NCBI GenBank assembly: GCA_036509475.1
Contig: DATCFN010000349.1
Coordinates: 1 to 49,122, forward strand
Origin: Rhizomicrobium sp.
Lineage (GTDB): Bacteria; Pseudomonadota; Alphaproteobacteria; Micropepsales; Micropepsaceae
DNA length: 49,122 nt
Reading direction: 5' to 3'
Shown: positions 18,431 to 28,567 of the stretch, piece by piece
Layout: each line of letters begins with the position of its first letter
Numbering within the stretch: position 1 is the stretch's first letter
Notes under the pieces: model-generated
The model's database searches: none
Seen by the model: the letters and a program-made list of their open reading frames with translations, nothing else
What the model was told of the DNA's origin: nothing
Translations under genes and position numbers: made by a program

Positions 18431-19108
18431 ATGGACAGTTTCTATGACTGGCTGAATCTCGTCACCGCAATTTTTCTTGGCAAAGCTGGCGGCATCGCGG
18501 GCGCGCTGGCCATTATCGGCGCGCTTGTGGCGGTGGGCGCTGCGATCTTCCAGAGCGAAGGTTTCGCGCGCATGCTTGGCGTTTTTCTCGTTCTCGTCAG
18601 CATCGCGTTCGCCGGCTGGATCATCGCGCGGCCGAACCACTATCGCGCGGTCGGCCAATACGGCTTCCGTGTCGATGTCCCAACATCGCTCGCCGTGGTG
18701 GATTGGGAAAGCGACCGGATCACGCTGGCAGGCGGCGAAGGTGGCGACCGCGCCAGTCTGCGCACCGGCGCGGTGCCGATGGCCCAGGCGCTCGCCTTCC
18801 TGCAATCGCGCCGTCAGCGCGCGCTGAAATTCGCCAGTGATCGCAAAGGCACGGTGCGGCTGGACGCCGGCGGGCCGGGCTTCATCTTCACGCGCTGGAC
18901 AGAGGCCGGATCGCCGGACGATGCAGCCATCGATCACTTCAGCGGCGTCGTGATGCGCCGCGACGGCAGCGATATTCACTGGGCGTCATTCCGCGCGACG
19001 ATGGATTTGCGCAGCAGCCCGCTACGCGCGCGCGACTACACGCGCATCCGCCAGTCGCTATGCGATTCAGCCGGGATCGCTAATGCAGCCTGCGTGAACG
19101 CGCAATGA
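18431..19108 (+). CDS. Hypothetical membrane-anchored protein
   Basis: AAAGGGGG RBS, hydrophobic N-terminal segments, soluble C-terminal domain ending in a Cys pair. Confidence 0.65.
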   Translation: MDSFYDWLNLVTAIFLGKAGGIAGALAIIGALVAVGAAIFQSEGFARMLGVFLVLVSIAFAGWIIARPNHYRAVGQYGFRVDVPTSLAVVDWESDRITLAGGEGGDRASLRTGAVPMAQALAFLQSRRQRALKFASDRKGTVRLDAGGPGFIFTRWTEAGSPDDAAIDHFSGVVMRRDGSDIHWASFRATMDLRSSPLRARDYTRIRQSLCDSAGIANAACVNAQ

Positions 19109-19112
19109 AAGG

Positions 19113-19934
19113 TTAGTGCTGGTCTTTCCAGAGCTTGCGGTAGGACAGATAGAGCATCCCCGACAGCAGGATCATGAACGCCATCACGCCGAAGCCGAGC
19201 TGATGACGCTCTTCCAGCTTGGGCTCGCCCGCCCATGACAGAAACGCGACGACGTCGCGCGCTTCCTGATCCTTCGTCGCCTTGGTGCCGTCCGAATAGG
19301 TCACCGAATCGTCGTTCAGCGGCGGCGGCATGGAGATATTCCGGCCCGCGAAATACGGGTCGTAATACTTGTTGTCCATCACCTTGAAGCCGGCGGGCGC
19401 ATGCGCGCCGTCGCCGGTGACGACGGAATAGATGTATTGCGCACCGCCGTCGCGCGCTTTCACGATCAGCGACTGATCCGGCGGCAGGGCGCCACCATTG
19501 CTTGCACGCGCCGCTTCCTCATTGGCGAAGGGCGGCGGGAAATGATCGGCGGGAATGCCGGGGCGCATCAGCGGCTGGCCGCTCGCATCCACCGTCTCGC
19601 CCTTGTCGTTCGGCTCGGCCGGGAGTTTGTAGGACGCCGCGATGGCCTTCACCTGCGCATCGCTGAACATGCCCGATCCGCCATTGTCGTAGGACAGATC
19701 GTGGAACGACACGCGCGTCAGGCTGTGACAGGCCGAGCAGACTTCCTTGTAAACCTGAAAGCCGCGCTGAAGCTGCGCGCGGTCGTACATGCCGAGTGGA
19801 CCTTCGAACGACCAATGTACGTCCTTGGGCGACAGCGGCTCGCTGAGATCGGCGGATTGCGCAAAGGCCGTGCCGGACATAGCGAGCAACGCCGCCAGCG
19901 AAAGACCGAGAGGAAGAATTTTCATCGTCATCAT
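19113..19934 (-). CDS. petC: Cytochrome c1
   Basis: Signal peptide, LQRGFQVYKEVCSACH heme motif, ISMPPPL axial Met, C-terminal TM helix. Start at 19934, 19931 or 19925. Confidence 0.96.
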   Translation of the reverse strand: MMTMKILPLGLSLAALLAMSGTAFAQSADLSEPLSPKDVHWSFEGPLGMYDRAQLQRGFQVYKEVCSACHSLTRVSFHDLSYDNGGSGMFSDAQVKAIAASYKLPAEPNDKGETVDASGQPLMRPGIPADHFPPPFANEEAARASNGGALPPDQSLIVKARDGGAQYIYSVVTGDGAHAPAGFKVMDNKYYDPYFAGRNISMPPPLNDDSVTYSDGTKATKDQEARDVVAFLSWAGEPKLEERHQLGFGVMAFMILLSGMLYLSYRKLWKDQH

Positions 19935-19936
19935 CC

Positions 19937-21202
19937 TCACTCGGCCGCGCCCAGAACAGGCTGCGCGATGCTGGCAGGCAAAGGCTTGGGCGTTTCGATC
20001 AGGCCGAGCAGCGGCATGATCACCCAGAAGAACCCGAAGTAGTAAGCGGTGGCGACGCGCGCGATCCACACCAGCGGAAACTGCATGCCGTGAAGGTCCA
20101 GCGCGGCGTCCGCGCTTTGCGATCCGCAATAGCCCAGGATCAGGCAGTCCACGACGAAGATCCAGAAGAACTGCTTCATCATCGGGCGGAAGCGATTGGA
20201 GCGCACCTTCGAGGTATCGAGCCACGGGATGAACACCAGCGTCAGCAGCGAGCCGGCCATCACAAGGACGCCCAGCAGCTTCTGCGGCACCGAACGCAGC
20301 ATCGCGTAGAACGGCAGCAGATACCATTCCGGTACGATGTCCGGCGGCGTCACCACCGGATTGGCCGGCGTGTAGTTGTCCGGGTTGCCGAAGAAGTTCG
20401 GCGCATAGAATACGAAGGCCAGATAGATCGTCGCGAACAGCGCGACATAGAACGCGTCCTTCACCGTGTAATACGGGTGGAAGGGCAGCGTGTCCTGCGG
20501 GCCTTTCACGTCGATGCCGAGCGGATTGTTGTTGCCCGGCACATGCAGCGCCCAGACATGCAGGCCGACCACGCCGGCAATGATGAACGGCAACAGGTAG
20601 TGCAGTGAGAAGAAACGGTTCAGCGTGGCGTCACCGACGGCGAAGCCGCCCCACAGCCATGTGGCGATGGCCGAACCCAGATGCGGCACGATCTGGTCGA
20701 GTGCCGAGAAGAAGTTGGTGATGACGGTAGCGCCCCAGAACGACATCTGGCCCCACGGCAGCACGTAACCGAAGAACGCGGTGGCGACCATCAGCAGATA
20801 AAGAATGACGCCGAGAATCCACAGCACTTCGCGCGGCGCCTTGTAGGAACCGTAGTAAAGGCCGCGGAACATGTGGATGTAGACGGCGATGAAGAAGAAC
20901 GACGCGCCGTTGGCGTGCATGTAGCGGATCAGCCAGCCGTAGTTGATCGTCCGCATGATGTTTTCGACACTGTCGAACGCCATGTCAGCATTGGCGACGT
21001 AATGCATCGCCAGCACGATGCCGGTGAGGATCTGGATACCCAGCATGAACGTCAGGATGGCGCCGAAGGCGTACCAGAAGTTCAGGTTCCGCGGCGTCGG
21101 GAAGGTCAGCATGGTGTCATGCGCGAACCGCATCAACGGCAGGCGCGTGTCGAACCAGCGTGCGAACGCGGATTTCGGAACGTAGGTCGAAGGACCGGAC
21201 AT
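19937..21202 (-). CDS. petB: Cytochrome b
   Basis: [46 protein letters not shown]. Confidence 0.98.
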   Translation of the reverse strand: MSGPSTYVPKSAFARWFDTRLPLMRFAHDTMLTFPTPRNLNFWYAFGAILTFMLGIQILTGIVLAMHYVANADMAFDSVENIMRTINYGWLIRYMHANGASFFFIAVYIHMFRGLYYGSYKAPREVLWILGVILYLLMVATAFFGYVLPWGQMSFWGATVITNFFSALDQIVPHLGSAIATWLWGGFAVGDATLNRFFSLHYLLPFIIAGVVGLHVWALHVPGNNNPLGIDVKGPQDTLPFHPYYTVKDAFYVALFATIYLAFVFYAPNFFGNPDNYTPANPVVTPPDIVPEWYLLPFYAMLRSVPQKLLGVLVMAGSLLTLVFIPWLDTSKVRSNRFRPMMKQFFWIFVVDCLILGYCGSQSADAALDLHGMQFPLVWIARVATAYYFGFFWVIMPLLGLIETPKPLPASIAQPVLGAAE

Positions 21203-21216
21203 GGAATGCGCTCCGT

Positions 21217-21786
21217 TTAGCCGACTTTGATCTTGGTGTCGGAAAGATACGAGTAAGTCGGGATCGCCAGATTCTGCGGGGCAGGCCCATGGCGGACGCG
21301 CCCGGCGACGTCATATTGCGAACCGTGGCAATGGCAGAGCCAGCCGCCATATTCGCCTTGTGGCGATTGCGGCGTCGAAACCGTGGGCGTGCAGCCCAGA
21401 TGGGTGCAGACGCCGACCACCACCAGATATTCCGGCTTGATGGCGCGGTCCGCATCCGTGGCCTGCGCGTTGTCCGGCAGGTTGGCGTTCCGCGCGACCG
21501 GGTCGATAAGATCGGAAATCGCGACCGCCTTGGACTGGGCGATTTCGGCGGGGGTCCGGCGGCGGACGAAAAGCGGATGGCCGCGAAACTTGAACACCAC
21601 CTGCTGGCCGACCTGAACCGACGAAATGTCGATTTCGATCGAGGCCAGCGCGAGAACCGCTGAAGACGGGTTCATCTGGTCGATGAACGGCCACAAGGCC
21701 AGCGCACCGCCGACGGCCGCAACAGCCCCCGTTGCTACGTAAATGAAGTCGCGCCGTGTCGGTTCGGGCGCTGTCGTATCTGCCAC
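21217..21786 (-). CDS. petA: Ubiquinol-cytochrome c reductase Rieske subunit
   Basis: Tat motif TRRDFI, CTHLGC and CHCHGS boxes, GPAPQNL. Confidence 0.97.
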   Translation of the reverse strand: MADTTAPEPTRRDFIYVATGAVAAVGGALALWPFIDQMNPSSAVLALASIEIDISSVQVGQQVVFKFRGHPLFVRRRTPAEIAQSKAVAISDLIDPVARNANLPDNAQATDADRAIKPEYLVVVGVCTHLGCTPTVSTPQSPQGEYGGWLCHCHGSQYDVAGRVRHGPAPQNLAIPTYSYLSDTKIKVG

Positions 21787-21892
21787 GGTGTCACCTTCTC
21801 AAAGCAGGCGGGAAAATACGGGAAGTGCCGCCCCCGGACTCAAAGGCCCCCCCAATGCGCGGCTAAAATAGAGAGTCGACTTTGGAGGGTCT

Positions 21893-21909
21893 TGCGGCAC
21901 GATGACGCA
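21893..21909. promoter_or_regulatory. Putative RegA/RegR/PrrA box upstream of petABC
   Basis: TGCGGCACGATGACGCA (GCGGC-N5-GACGC), close to the GCGGC-N5-GTCGC RegR box; petABC is a known Reg/Prr target in related bacteria. Confidence 0.5.
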
Positions 21910-21953
21910 TAAAATGCCAGTCTCATCCGGGTCTTGAGAGGTTACCACCCCCT

Positions 21954-22403
21954 ATGCGCCTCGCCCTTTACGAGCCGGACATACCCCAGAACTGCGGTGC
22001 GCTCCTGCGGCTGGGCGCTTGCCTGGGGGTGGGTGTCGACATCATCGAGCCTTGCGGCTTCCTGTTCAGCGACAAAGGGCTGAAGCGGGCGGGTATGGAT
22101 TATCTGACCAAGGCCGATTACGCGCGCCATTCCTCATGGGCTGCATTTCAGGCGGCGAGAGGATCGGGCCGCATCGTGCTGCTCACCTCCAAGGGGTCTG
22201 TCCCCTTCACCGACTTCGCGTTCGCGGCGGATGACACGATCCTGCTCGGCCGCGAAAGCGCCGGCGTGCCTGATGCCGTACACGACGCGGTGGACGCACG
22301 ACTGCGCATTCCGATGCGGGCCGGATTGCGTTCGCTCAACGTGGCGCAAGCGGGCGCAATGGCTCTGGGCGAAGCGTTGCGGCAGACGAAGGGCTTTCCT
22401 TAA
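21954..22403 (+). CDS. trmL: tRNA (cytidine(34)-2'-O)-methyltransferase
   Basis: LYEPDIPQNCG, IEPCGF, KRAGMDY, LGRESAGVP, IPM..GLRSLNVA SPOUT motifs. Confidence 0.93.
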   Translation: MRLALYEPDIPQNCGALLRLGACLGVGVDIIEPCGFLFSDKGLKRAGMDYLTKADYARHSSWAAFQAARGSGRIVLLTSKGSVPFTDFAFAADDTILLGRESAGVPDAVHDAVDARLRIPMRAGLRSLNVAQAGAMALGEALRQTKGFP

Positions 22404-22549
22404 ATCTTTCGCTGCGATGCAGCGAGCCGCGGCATGATTGTGCAACGGTCACAGCGTTTTGCATCTTACATTTCCAAAAATTCATCCCACATCTAATAAG
22501 GGGGAAGTCCGTTCCGGGCACCAGGGCGCCGATCGTTCGCGAGGTTTGT

Positions 22550-23191
22550 TTGTTTCATTTTCTGTCTCCCGCGATGGCCGCACTGCTTCAGGTCATTTTG
22601 ATCGACATCGTTCTGGCGGGCGACAACGCCGTCGTTATCGGCATGGCCGCATCGCGCGTGCCCCAACAGCAGCGCCGCAAGGTGATCTTCTGGGGCCTTG
22701 CCGCTGCCGTCATCCTGCGTGTGATCCTGGCGACAGGCGCAGCCAAGCTCCTGTCCGTCATCGGGTTGATGTTCGCGGGCGGCATTCTGCTGCTCTGGGT
22801 GTCGTGGCGGTTGTGGCGCGAGTTTCACAACAGCTCCGATGCCGAAGTCGGCCATCACACGCTGGCGACAAGAGGGGCGAGCGATCATCCCCTCGCCAAG
22901 CCCTTGAGCGACGCGGGCGTGCGCCGCGCCATCGGGCGCATCATTCTGGCGGATCTGTCGATGTCGCTGGACAATGTTCTGGCTGTCGCCGGCGCCGCCA
23001 TGAACCATGTGTGGGTGCTGGCAATCGGCCTTGTGCTGTCCGTGGCCTTGATGGGCGTTGCGGCGGCCATGATCGCCAAACTTCTGCAGCGCCATCCGTG
23101 GATCAGCTATGCCGGACTTATCATCGTCGTCTATGTGGCGCTGCGCATGATCTATTTCGGTGGCCTGGATATTCTGGCGCAGGCTTTCTGA
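22550..23191 (+). CDS. TerC family (YjbE-type) integral membrane protein
   Basis: IDIVLAGDNAVVI and ADLSMSLDNVLAVAGAA motifs. Confidence 0.92.
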   Translation: MFHFLSPAMAALLQVILIDIVLAGDNAVVIGMAASRVPQQQRRKVIFWGLAAAVILRVILATGAAKLLSVIGLMFAGGILLLWVSWRLWREFHNSSDAEVGHHTLATRGASDHPLAKPLSDAGVRRAIGRIILADLSMSLDNVLAVAGAAMNHVWVLAIGLVLSVALMGVAAAMIAKLLQRHPWISYAGLIIVVYVALRMIYFGGLDILAQAF

Positions 23192-23192
23192 T

Positions 23193-24041
23193 TTAGGCCA
23201 GCCGCATGAGCAACGCCGTCGCGTCGTCGCTCGTTTTGAAGCGCGGAAATTTCGTGCCATCGGGATCGTCCACTTCGATGGCGCGCAGTTCTTCGCCCAG
23301 AGCTTTCAACCCTTTGGATTGCGCCGCCGCGATCAGCGTTTCCGGCGTGTAACGGCCATAGTCGCTCGCCAGCGCGAGGAAACCGTCCGAGCACAACAGA
23401 AAGACTGTTCCCGCCGGCGCCGTGATCCTCTGCTCCGAAGCGTGATCGGCGCCCACCGGATCGGGTGCGAAGATGTAGTGGCCTTTTGCGGTATTGGCGT
23501 AATTGCGCGCCTTGCGCAGCGCTTCCATATATTCGGGACGGTTGATGCCCGCGGCCGGAGACAGGCCGTGTTTCGCCGCTAGCCTGGCGACACGGGCGGA
23601 TTCCAGCGTGCGCGCATCGAAGGCGACGCCGACGACTTCAACGGGCGCATCGGGGCGCTTCACCAGCGCCGCGCAATCGCCGAACCACAACATGCCCGCG
23701 CCTTTTGCGTTCGCACAGGCCAGCATCATCGAGGCGTAGGGGATTTCGTAGCGCTCCTTCGGCGCACGCTTGCGCAGCGCTTCATAGGATTTCTGCGCGT
23801 CCTGCATCGCCGCGCGCGCGGCGTCTTTCGGCGCGTCGCCGTCTTTCAGATGCGCCATCAGGCGTCGCGATCCGAATGTTGCAAGCCACGCGGCATCGCT
23901 TTGCCCCGGCATCAGGTTCTCACCCAATCCGGTCGCACCGTCGAACACCACGCCGGCGTGTTCGTCATGCGCCATCGCATCGTCATTCGGCTTCGACGGA
24001 TTGCCGGGGATCGAGAGAGAGTCGAGAAGTTGAAATTTCAT
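23193..24041 (-). CDS. PP2C/PPM-like phosphatase domain protein
   Basis: NDDA, VFDGATG, WFGDC, LCSDGF, SDDATA metal-binding motifs; TGATG overlap with cca. Confidence 0.8.
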   Translation of the reverse strand: MKFQLLDSLSIPGNPSKPNDDAMAHDEHAGVVFDGATGLGENLMPGQSDAAWLATFGSRRLMAHLKDGDAPKDAARAAMQDAQKSYEALRKRAPKERYEIPYASMMLACANAKGAGMLWFGDCAALVKRPDAPVEVVGVAFDARTLESARVARLAAKHGLSPAAGINRPEYMEALRKARNYANTAKGHYIFAPDPVGADHASEQRITAPAGTVFLLCSDGFLALASDYGRYTPETLIAAAQSKGLKALGEELRAIEVDDPDGTKFPRFKTSDDATALLMRLA

Positions 24042-25252
24042 CAGCGCGTCGCCTGCACCACGGCTTTGAGCCGTTCCGCAAGTGAGAATTCGTCTTCGAT
24101 GAAATCGGCATCGATCCACCAGTCTTCGACTTCGGACAGGATGCGTCCGATCAGCGGTCCCTGCGGTATGCCCGCCGCCATCACATTGCCGCCGTCGAGC
24201 GGAAATTTCGGCCGCTCCCACGCATCCGCCATCGCCAGCAGCGCGCGCCACTGGATGAAATTGGATTCCTTCGGATCTTCCGCCCAGCGCAGGAAGACGC
24301 GATCCTTGAAGCGTGCCGCGCCCAGCCTGTAGAGCAGTTTGCGCACTTCCTTGATCGAAAGATAAGAGACGATCTTCTCTTTGCCGCCCGCCAGATCGGC
24401 CAGCCGGTCGCGGTCGGCATTCGACAATTTCCAGCGCTCCGCGATGGCTGCATCCGGCGACAGTGCCGCGAGACGCAGGACCGCGTCGGGCGCGAAGAAA
24501 TTGTTGGCGTCGATGGCGGCGAGCCGTTCCAGCCGCCCCATGTCCAGATCGCCGGGAAGAATCTCGCTCAAAATTCCCGACGCCGCCATGACGCGCAGGA
24601 CCGCGAGCGGATGATCCGCGGACAGAAGCTTCAGCATTTCTTTTTGAATACGCTCGCCGGAAAGCTGCGCCAGGCCGGTCTTTTGCGCAGCGGCGGCTTT
24701 CAGCGCGGCATCATCCAACTCACCTTTGCCGTACCAGGCGTGAAAGCGGAACAGGCGCAGGATGCGCAAGAAATCTTCTTTGATCCGTGTCGTCGGATCG
24801 CCGACGAAACGCACGCGGCCCGCTTCCAGGTCGGCAATTCCACCCACACTGTCGAAGACCTCGCCGTCCGCGCTCGCATAAAGCGCGTTCATCGTGAAGT
24901 CGCGGCGCTGCGCGTCTTTGGCCCAGTCTTTCGTGAAAGCGACGACGGCGCGGCGGCCATCGGTGGCAACATCACGGCGCAAGGTCGTCACTTCAAACGG
25001 CTTGCCGCCCGATACCGCCGTGACGGTGCCATGTTCAATGCCGGTCGGCACCGCTTTGATATGCGCGGTGTTCAGGCGCTTCGTCACGTCGTCCGGCGCC
25101 AGCGGCGTTGCGATGTCGATGTCATCGACGGGCTTGCCGAGCAGCGCGTTGCGCACGACGCCGCCGACGAAACGCGCCTCGCCCAGCGCCGCCATCACGG
25201 CGAGCGTTTCCGGCGCTTTCATCCACGGATGGCGGATGGGATCGAGTTTCAT
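24041..25252 (-). CDS. cca: CCA tRNA nucleotidyltransferase
   Basis: RFVGGVVRN, DIDIAT, TGIEHGT, EVTTLRRD, DAQRRDFTMNA, RIKEDFLRILR, SGERI. Confidence 0.93.
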   Translation of the reverse strand: MKLDPIRHPWMKAPETLAVMAALGEARFVGGVVRNALLGKPVDDIDIATPLAPDDVTKRLNTAHIKAVPTGIEHGTVTAVSGGKPFEVTTLRRDVATDGRRAVVAFTKDWAKDAQRRDFTMNALYASADGEVFDSVGGIADLEAGRVRFVGDPTTRIKEDFLRILRLFRFHAWYGKGELDDAALKAAAAQKTGLAQLSGERIQKEMLKLLSADHPLAVLRVMAASGILSEILPGDLDMGRLERLAAIDANNFFAPDAVLRLAALSPDAAIAERWKLSNADRDRLADLAGGKEKIVSYLSIKEVRKLLYRLGAARFKDRVFLRWAEDPKESNFIQWRALLAMADAWERPKFPLDGGNVMAAGIPQGPLIGRILSEVEDWWIDADFIEDEFSLAERLKAVVQATR

Positions 25253-25914
25253 GGCGCGGCCAGCCTCTGCGCGAAATTGACCAGAATGGCCGCCGTCGCG
25301 CCCCATATATAATGGCCGCCGTGATTGAAGGCATAGAATTCGCGCTTCTGTCCCTGCCATTGCGCGCTTTTGCGCTCGCGGTTCTTGGGATCGAGCAGGA
25401 AGGCCAGCGGCACTTCGAATATCTCGGCCACTTCGCTCGGCTCCGGCACCAGCGCAAAACCTTCATGCAACACGCCGACGACCGGCAGGATGGCGAAGCC
25501 CGTGCCCGTCTCATAGCCTTCCATATAGCCCGCGATGCTGACGAACTCCGAGGAGATGCCGGTTTCCTCATGCGTCTCGCGCAATGCCGTCTCGACCGGC
25601 GACAGGTCCGTGTCGTCCACCCGTCCACCCGGAAAACTCACCTGCCCGGCATGCCGGGTCAGCGTCGTCGTGCGCTGCGTGAAAAGCACCGTCGGCACGT
25701 CGCGCGCAACGATCGGCAACAGCACGGCGGCCGGCGTCAGTTTGCGTTCGCCCGGCGGCGGTTTGAATTCCGGATTGAAATCGTAATCGCCGCGCGCCGG
25801 CACCAGCGATCCTTTCGGCGGCGTCTGCGAAAGCCGCGAGCGCACAAAGGCAAAGTTCTGATCGGCCATGCGGCCGACCAGCGCATCGATGGATATTTTC
25901 GCTGCCTCGCTCAT
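25249..25914 (-). CDS. CoA pyrophosphatase (Nudix)
   Basis: AAVLLP, LFTQR, HAGQVSFPGG, ALRETHEETG, IWGATA. Confidence 0.92.
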   Translation of the reverse strand: MSEAAKISIDALVGRMADQNFAFVRSRLSQTPPKGSLVPARGDYDFNPEFKPPPGERKLTPAAVLLPIVARDVPTVLFTQRTTTLTRHAGQVSFPGGRVDDTDLSPVETALRETHEETGISSEFVSIAGYMEGYETGTGFAILPVVGVLHEGFALVPEPSEVAEIFEVPLAFLLDPKNRERKSAQWQGQKREFYAFNHGGHYIWGATAAILVNFAQRLAAP

Positions 25915-26477
25915 TGCGGCTCGCCGAGGGGGAAAAATACGCCTTCGCTCCACAGGCCGAGCGTTCCGGCGTATTCGCCGTCACCCGCCACCGCGATGTC
26001 AGCGAGTTGATAATAGACCGGCCGCGAGATCTTTGCTTCAAGACCACGGCGCACATGCACGTAAGGCGACGGCTCGCGCGTCACAGGATCGATCTCCACG
26101 CGAATGGGATCGGCGGCGCTCGCCACCGTCTCGTCGCCGACATTGGTTGTGAAGATCAGCCGCTGCCTGCGGCCCTCGCCCTCGGCGCGCAGCAGCACGG
26201 CGAGGAACGGCGCATCCTCGACCACGATGCGCATTTTTTCGCCCGGCGTGACGAGGACGTAGTCGTCGCCGTCCTTGCGCAGGATGGTGGAGAAAAGCCG
26301 CACCAGTTCGCGCCGTCCCACGGGCGATCCTTCATGGAACCAGGTGCCGTCGCGCGCGATGCGGATGTCGATGTTCCCGCAATGGGCGGGATGCCACTTG
26401 TCGACCGGCGGCAGCTTGCGGCCCGCGGCCGATTCCCGCTGCAGGCTGGCCAGACCGAGGGCAAAACTATCCGTCAT
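25911..26477 (-). CDS. DUF1285 family protein
   Basis: PPVDKWHP..CGNIDIRIARDGTWFHEG, LVRLFSTILR, LVTPGEK, VEDAPF, FTTNVGD, PYVHVR. Confidence 0.9.
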   Translation of the reverse strand: MTDSFALGLASLQRESAAGRKLPPVDKWHPAHCGNIDIRIARDGTWFHEGSPVGRRELVRLFSTILRKDGDDYVLVTPGEKMRIVVEDAPFLAVLLRAEGEGRRQRLIFTTNVGDETVASAADPIRVEIDPVTREPSPYVHVRRGLEAKISRPVYYQLADIAVAGDGEYAGTLGLWSEGVFFPLGEPQ

Positions 26478-26669
26478 TGCTTTCCTTTAATTGGGGCCGC
26501 GAAAGGCCTCACGGCGTTGTGCGATCAACGCCTTAGCCATAAGACCCAAGGCCGGTTGCGCGGCGCGCTGCCCGATGCAACATAGGGCAAAGAACCGGCG
26601 GCGCACCTGCGTTTTTAAGATAAGCCTGCCTTTTCAGCCCGGCAACCGGCGCGATTTGCGGATGATTTC

Positions 26670-27674
26670 ATGAGCAATGCAGAGACCGTTTCCAACACCG
26701 ACACCGCCGCCGTGGCGCAGGCCGAAAAGGCCGGCGCGATCTTCGGCCTTGTGCGCGAGGCCGTCGGCAAAGTGATTTTCGGTCAGCGCGATGTGATCGA
26801 CCAGACATTGGTGACGATGCTGGCGGGCGGCCACGGCTTGCTGATCGGCGTTCCGGGCCTCGCCAAAACGCGGCTGGTGGAAACGCTGGGCACCGTGCTC
26901 GGCCTTGAGACAAAGCGCATCCAGTTCACGCCGGACCTCATGCCCGCCGACATCACCGGCTCCGAAGTGCTGGAGGAAGACAGCGGCAAGCGCGGCTTCC
27001 GCTTTATCAAAGGACCGGTGTTCACGCAGCTTCTGATGGCGGATGAGATCAACCGCGCCAGCCCGCGCACGCAAAGTGCGCTGCTCCAATCCATGCAGGA
27101 AAAATTCGTGACGGTGGCGGGCCAGCGTTACGACTTGCCCAAACCGTTTCATGTTCTGGCGACGCAGAATCCGCTGGAGCAGGAAGGCACCTATCCGCTG
27201 CCCGAAGCGCAGCTCGACCGCTTTCTTCTGCAGATCGACGTCGGCTATCCCGATCCGGAATCGGAACGCAAGATGATGATGGCGACGACCTTCGGCGATG
27301 AAGAGGTATTGAAAGCCGTCTGCACGCCCAACGTGCTGATGGAAGCGCAGAGCATCGTGCGCCGCCTGCCGGTCGGCGAGAAAGTCGTCGATGCGATTTT
27401 GAAACTGGTACGCGCGGCGCGCCCCGATGACGGCGGCGCCAGCGACATCCGCGGATTCATCTCATGGGGACCTGGCCCGCGTGCGAGCCAGGCCTTCATG
27501 CTTGCGGTGCGCGCCAAGGCGCTGATTGAAGGACGCTTCGCGCCGAGCGTCGACGACGTCGTTGCATTGGCCCATCCGGTCCTGCGTCACCGCATGGCGC
27601 TGAATTTCTCGGCCCGCGCCGAAGGCACGACGATCAGCGACGTGATCGACCGGCTGTGCCGGAGCATTCTTTGA
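26670..27674 (+). CDS. MoxR family AAA+ ATPase
   Basis: GVPGLAKT, RIQFTPDLMPAD, ADEINRASPRTQSALL, ATQNPLEQEGTYPLPEAQLDRF. Confidence 0.96.
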   Translation: MSNAETVSNTDTAAVAQAEKAGAIFGLVREAVGKVIFGQRDVIDQTLVTMLAGGHGLLIGVPGLAKTRLVETLGTVLGLETKRIQFTPDLMPADITGSEVLEEDSGKRGFRFIKGPVFTQLLMADEINRASPRTQSALLQSMQEKFVTVAGQRYDLPKPFHVLATQNPLEQEGTYPLPEAQLDRFLLQIDVGYPDPESERKMMMATTFGDEEVLKAVCTPNVLMEAQSIVRRLPVGEKVVDAILKLVRAARPDDGGASDIRGFISWGPGPRASQAFMLAVRAKALIEGRFAPSVDDVVALAHPVLRHRMALNFSARAEGTTISDVIDRLCRSIL

Positions 27675-28564
27675 CGGACAGCCAAACGCGCCTGCGCGAT
27701 TCCGCGGAGAAAATTGCCGCGGGCCTGCCGCCGCTGCTCGTCTCCGCCGAACGCCTCGCTTCGATGATTTCGCTGGGCGTACATGGACGGCGCAAATCCG
27801 GAATGGGCGAGAGCTTCTGGCAGTTCCGCCGCTTTCAGGCCGAAGACGCATCCACCACCATCGACTGGCGCCAATCGGCCAAATCGCAGCACCTGTTCGT
27901 GCGTGAACGCGAATGGGAAGCCGCCGAAGCCGTGTGGCTGTGGCGTGACGGCTCGGCGGGCATGCGTTTCAAATCCGATTATTCCGACACGACCAAGATC
28001 GACCGTGCCAGCGTGCTGGCTTTGGCGCTGGGATCGTTGCTGGTGCGCGGCGGCGAACGCATCGCGCTTTACGGCGACGGCCGCGCGCCCGCGACGGGAC
28101 GCAAAGCCCTGAGCCAGATCGCCCATGAGCTGGCTGAACTTGCGCCGCGCGATGAAGCGCTGCCGCCCGATGCGCCGGCGTCGAAGAATTCCAGCTTCGT
28201 CTGGTTCAGCGATTTCCTGTCCCCGCTGGGCGAAATCGAAAGCAGTATGCGCCGTCTGGCGCGTAGCGGATTGAACGGCCATCTCGTCCATATCATCGAT
28301 CCGGCGGAAGAGGATTTTCCTTTCACCGGACGCACGCGTTTTGAATCGCCCGCCGGGCGCCTCAGCGAAATCTTCGGCCGGGCGGAGAATTTGCAAAGCG
28401 CCTATCGCGCGCGCTTTCGCGCCCATGCCGAAACCTTGCGCGACCTGTCGCGCCGGTTGGGTTGGAACTATCTGGCGCATCGCACCGACAAGCGGCCGGA
28501 GACGGCGCTGATCGCGCTCTTCGCCGATCTGGGCGGCGCGGAAGTCAAGATGCGGATTGCGTGA
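27671..28564 (+). CDS. DUF58 (vWA-like) protein
   Basis: GVHGRRKSGMGESFWQFRRF, IDWRQSAK, VREREWE, FSDFL, DPAEEDFPF; TTG start overlaps the moxR stop. Confidence 0.92.
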   Translation: MTDSQTRLRDSAEKIAAGLPPLLVSAERLASMISLGVHGRRKSGMGESFWQFRRFQAEDASTTIDWRQSAKSQHLFVREREWEAAEAVWLWRDGSAGMRFKSDYSDTTKIDRASVLALALGSLLVRGGERIALYGDGRAPATGRKALSQIAHELAELAPRDEALPPDAPASKNSSFVWFSDFLSPLGEIESSMRRLARSGLNGHLVHIIDPAEEDFPFTGRTRFESPAGRLSEIFGRAENLQSAYRARFRAHAETLRDLSRRLGWNYLAHRTDKRPETALIALFADLGGAEVKMRIA

Positions 28565-28567
28565 GGC

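Noticed and set aside
22404-22550. Possible yybP-ykoY Mn riboswitch upstream of terC
   Set aside because: I cannot find the conserved GGGGAGUAGC-type core. Only a short palindrome TCGCTGC-GAT-GCAGCGA (22409-22425) is present, which is too little to assign.
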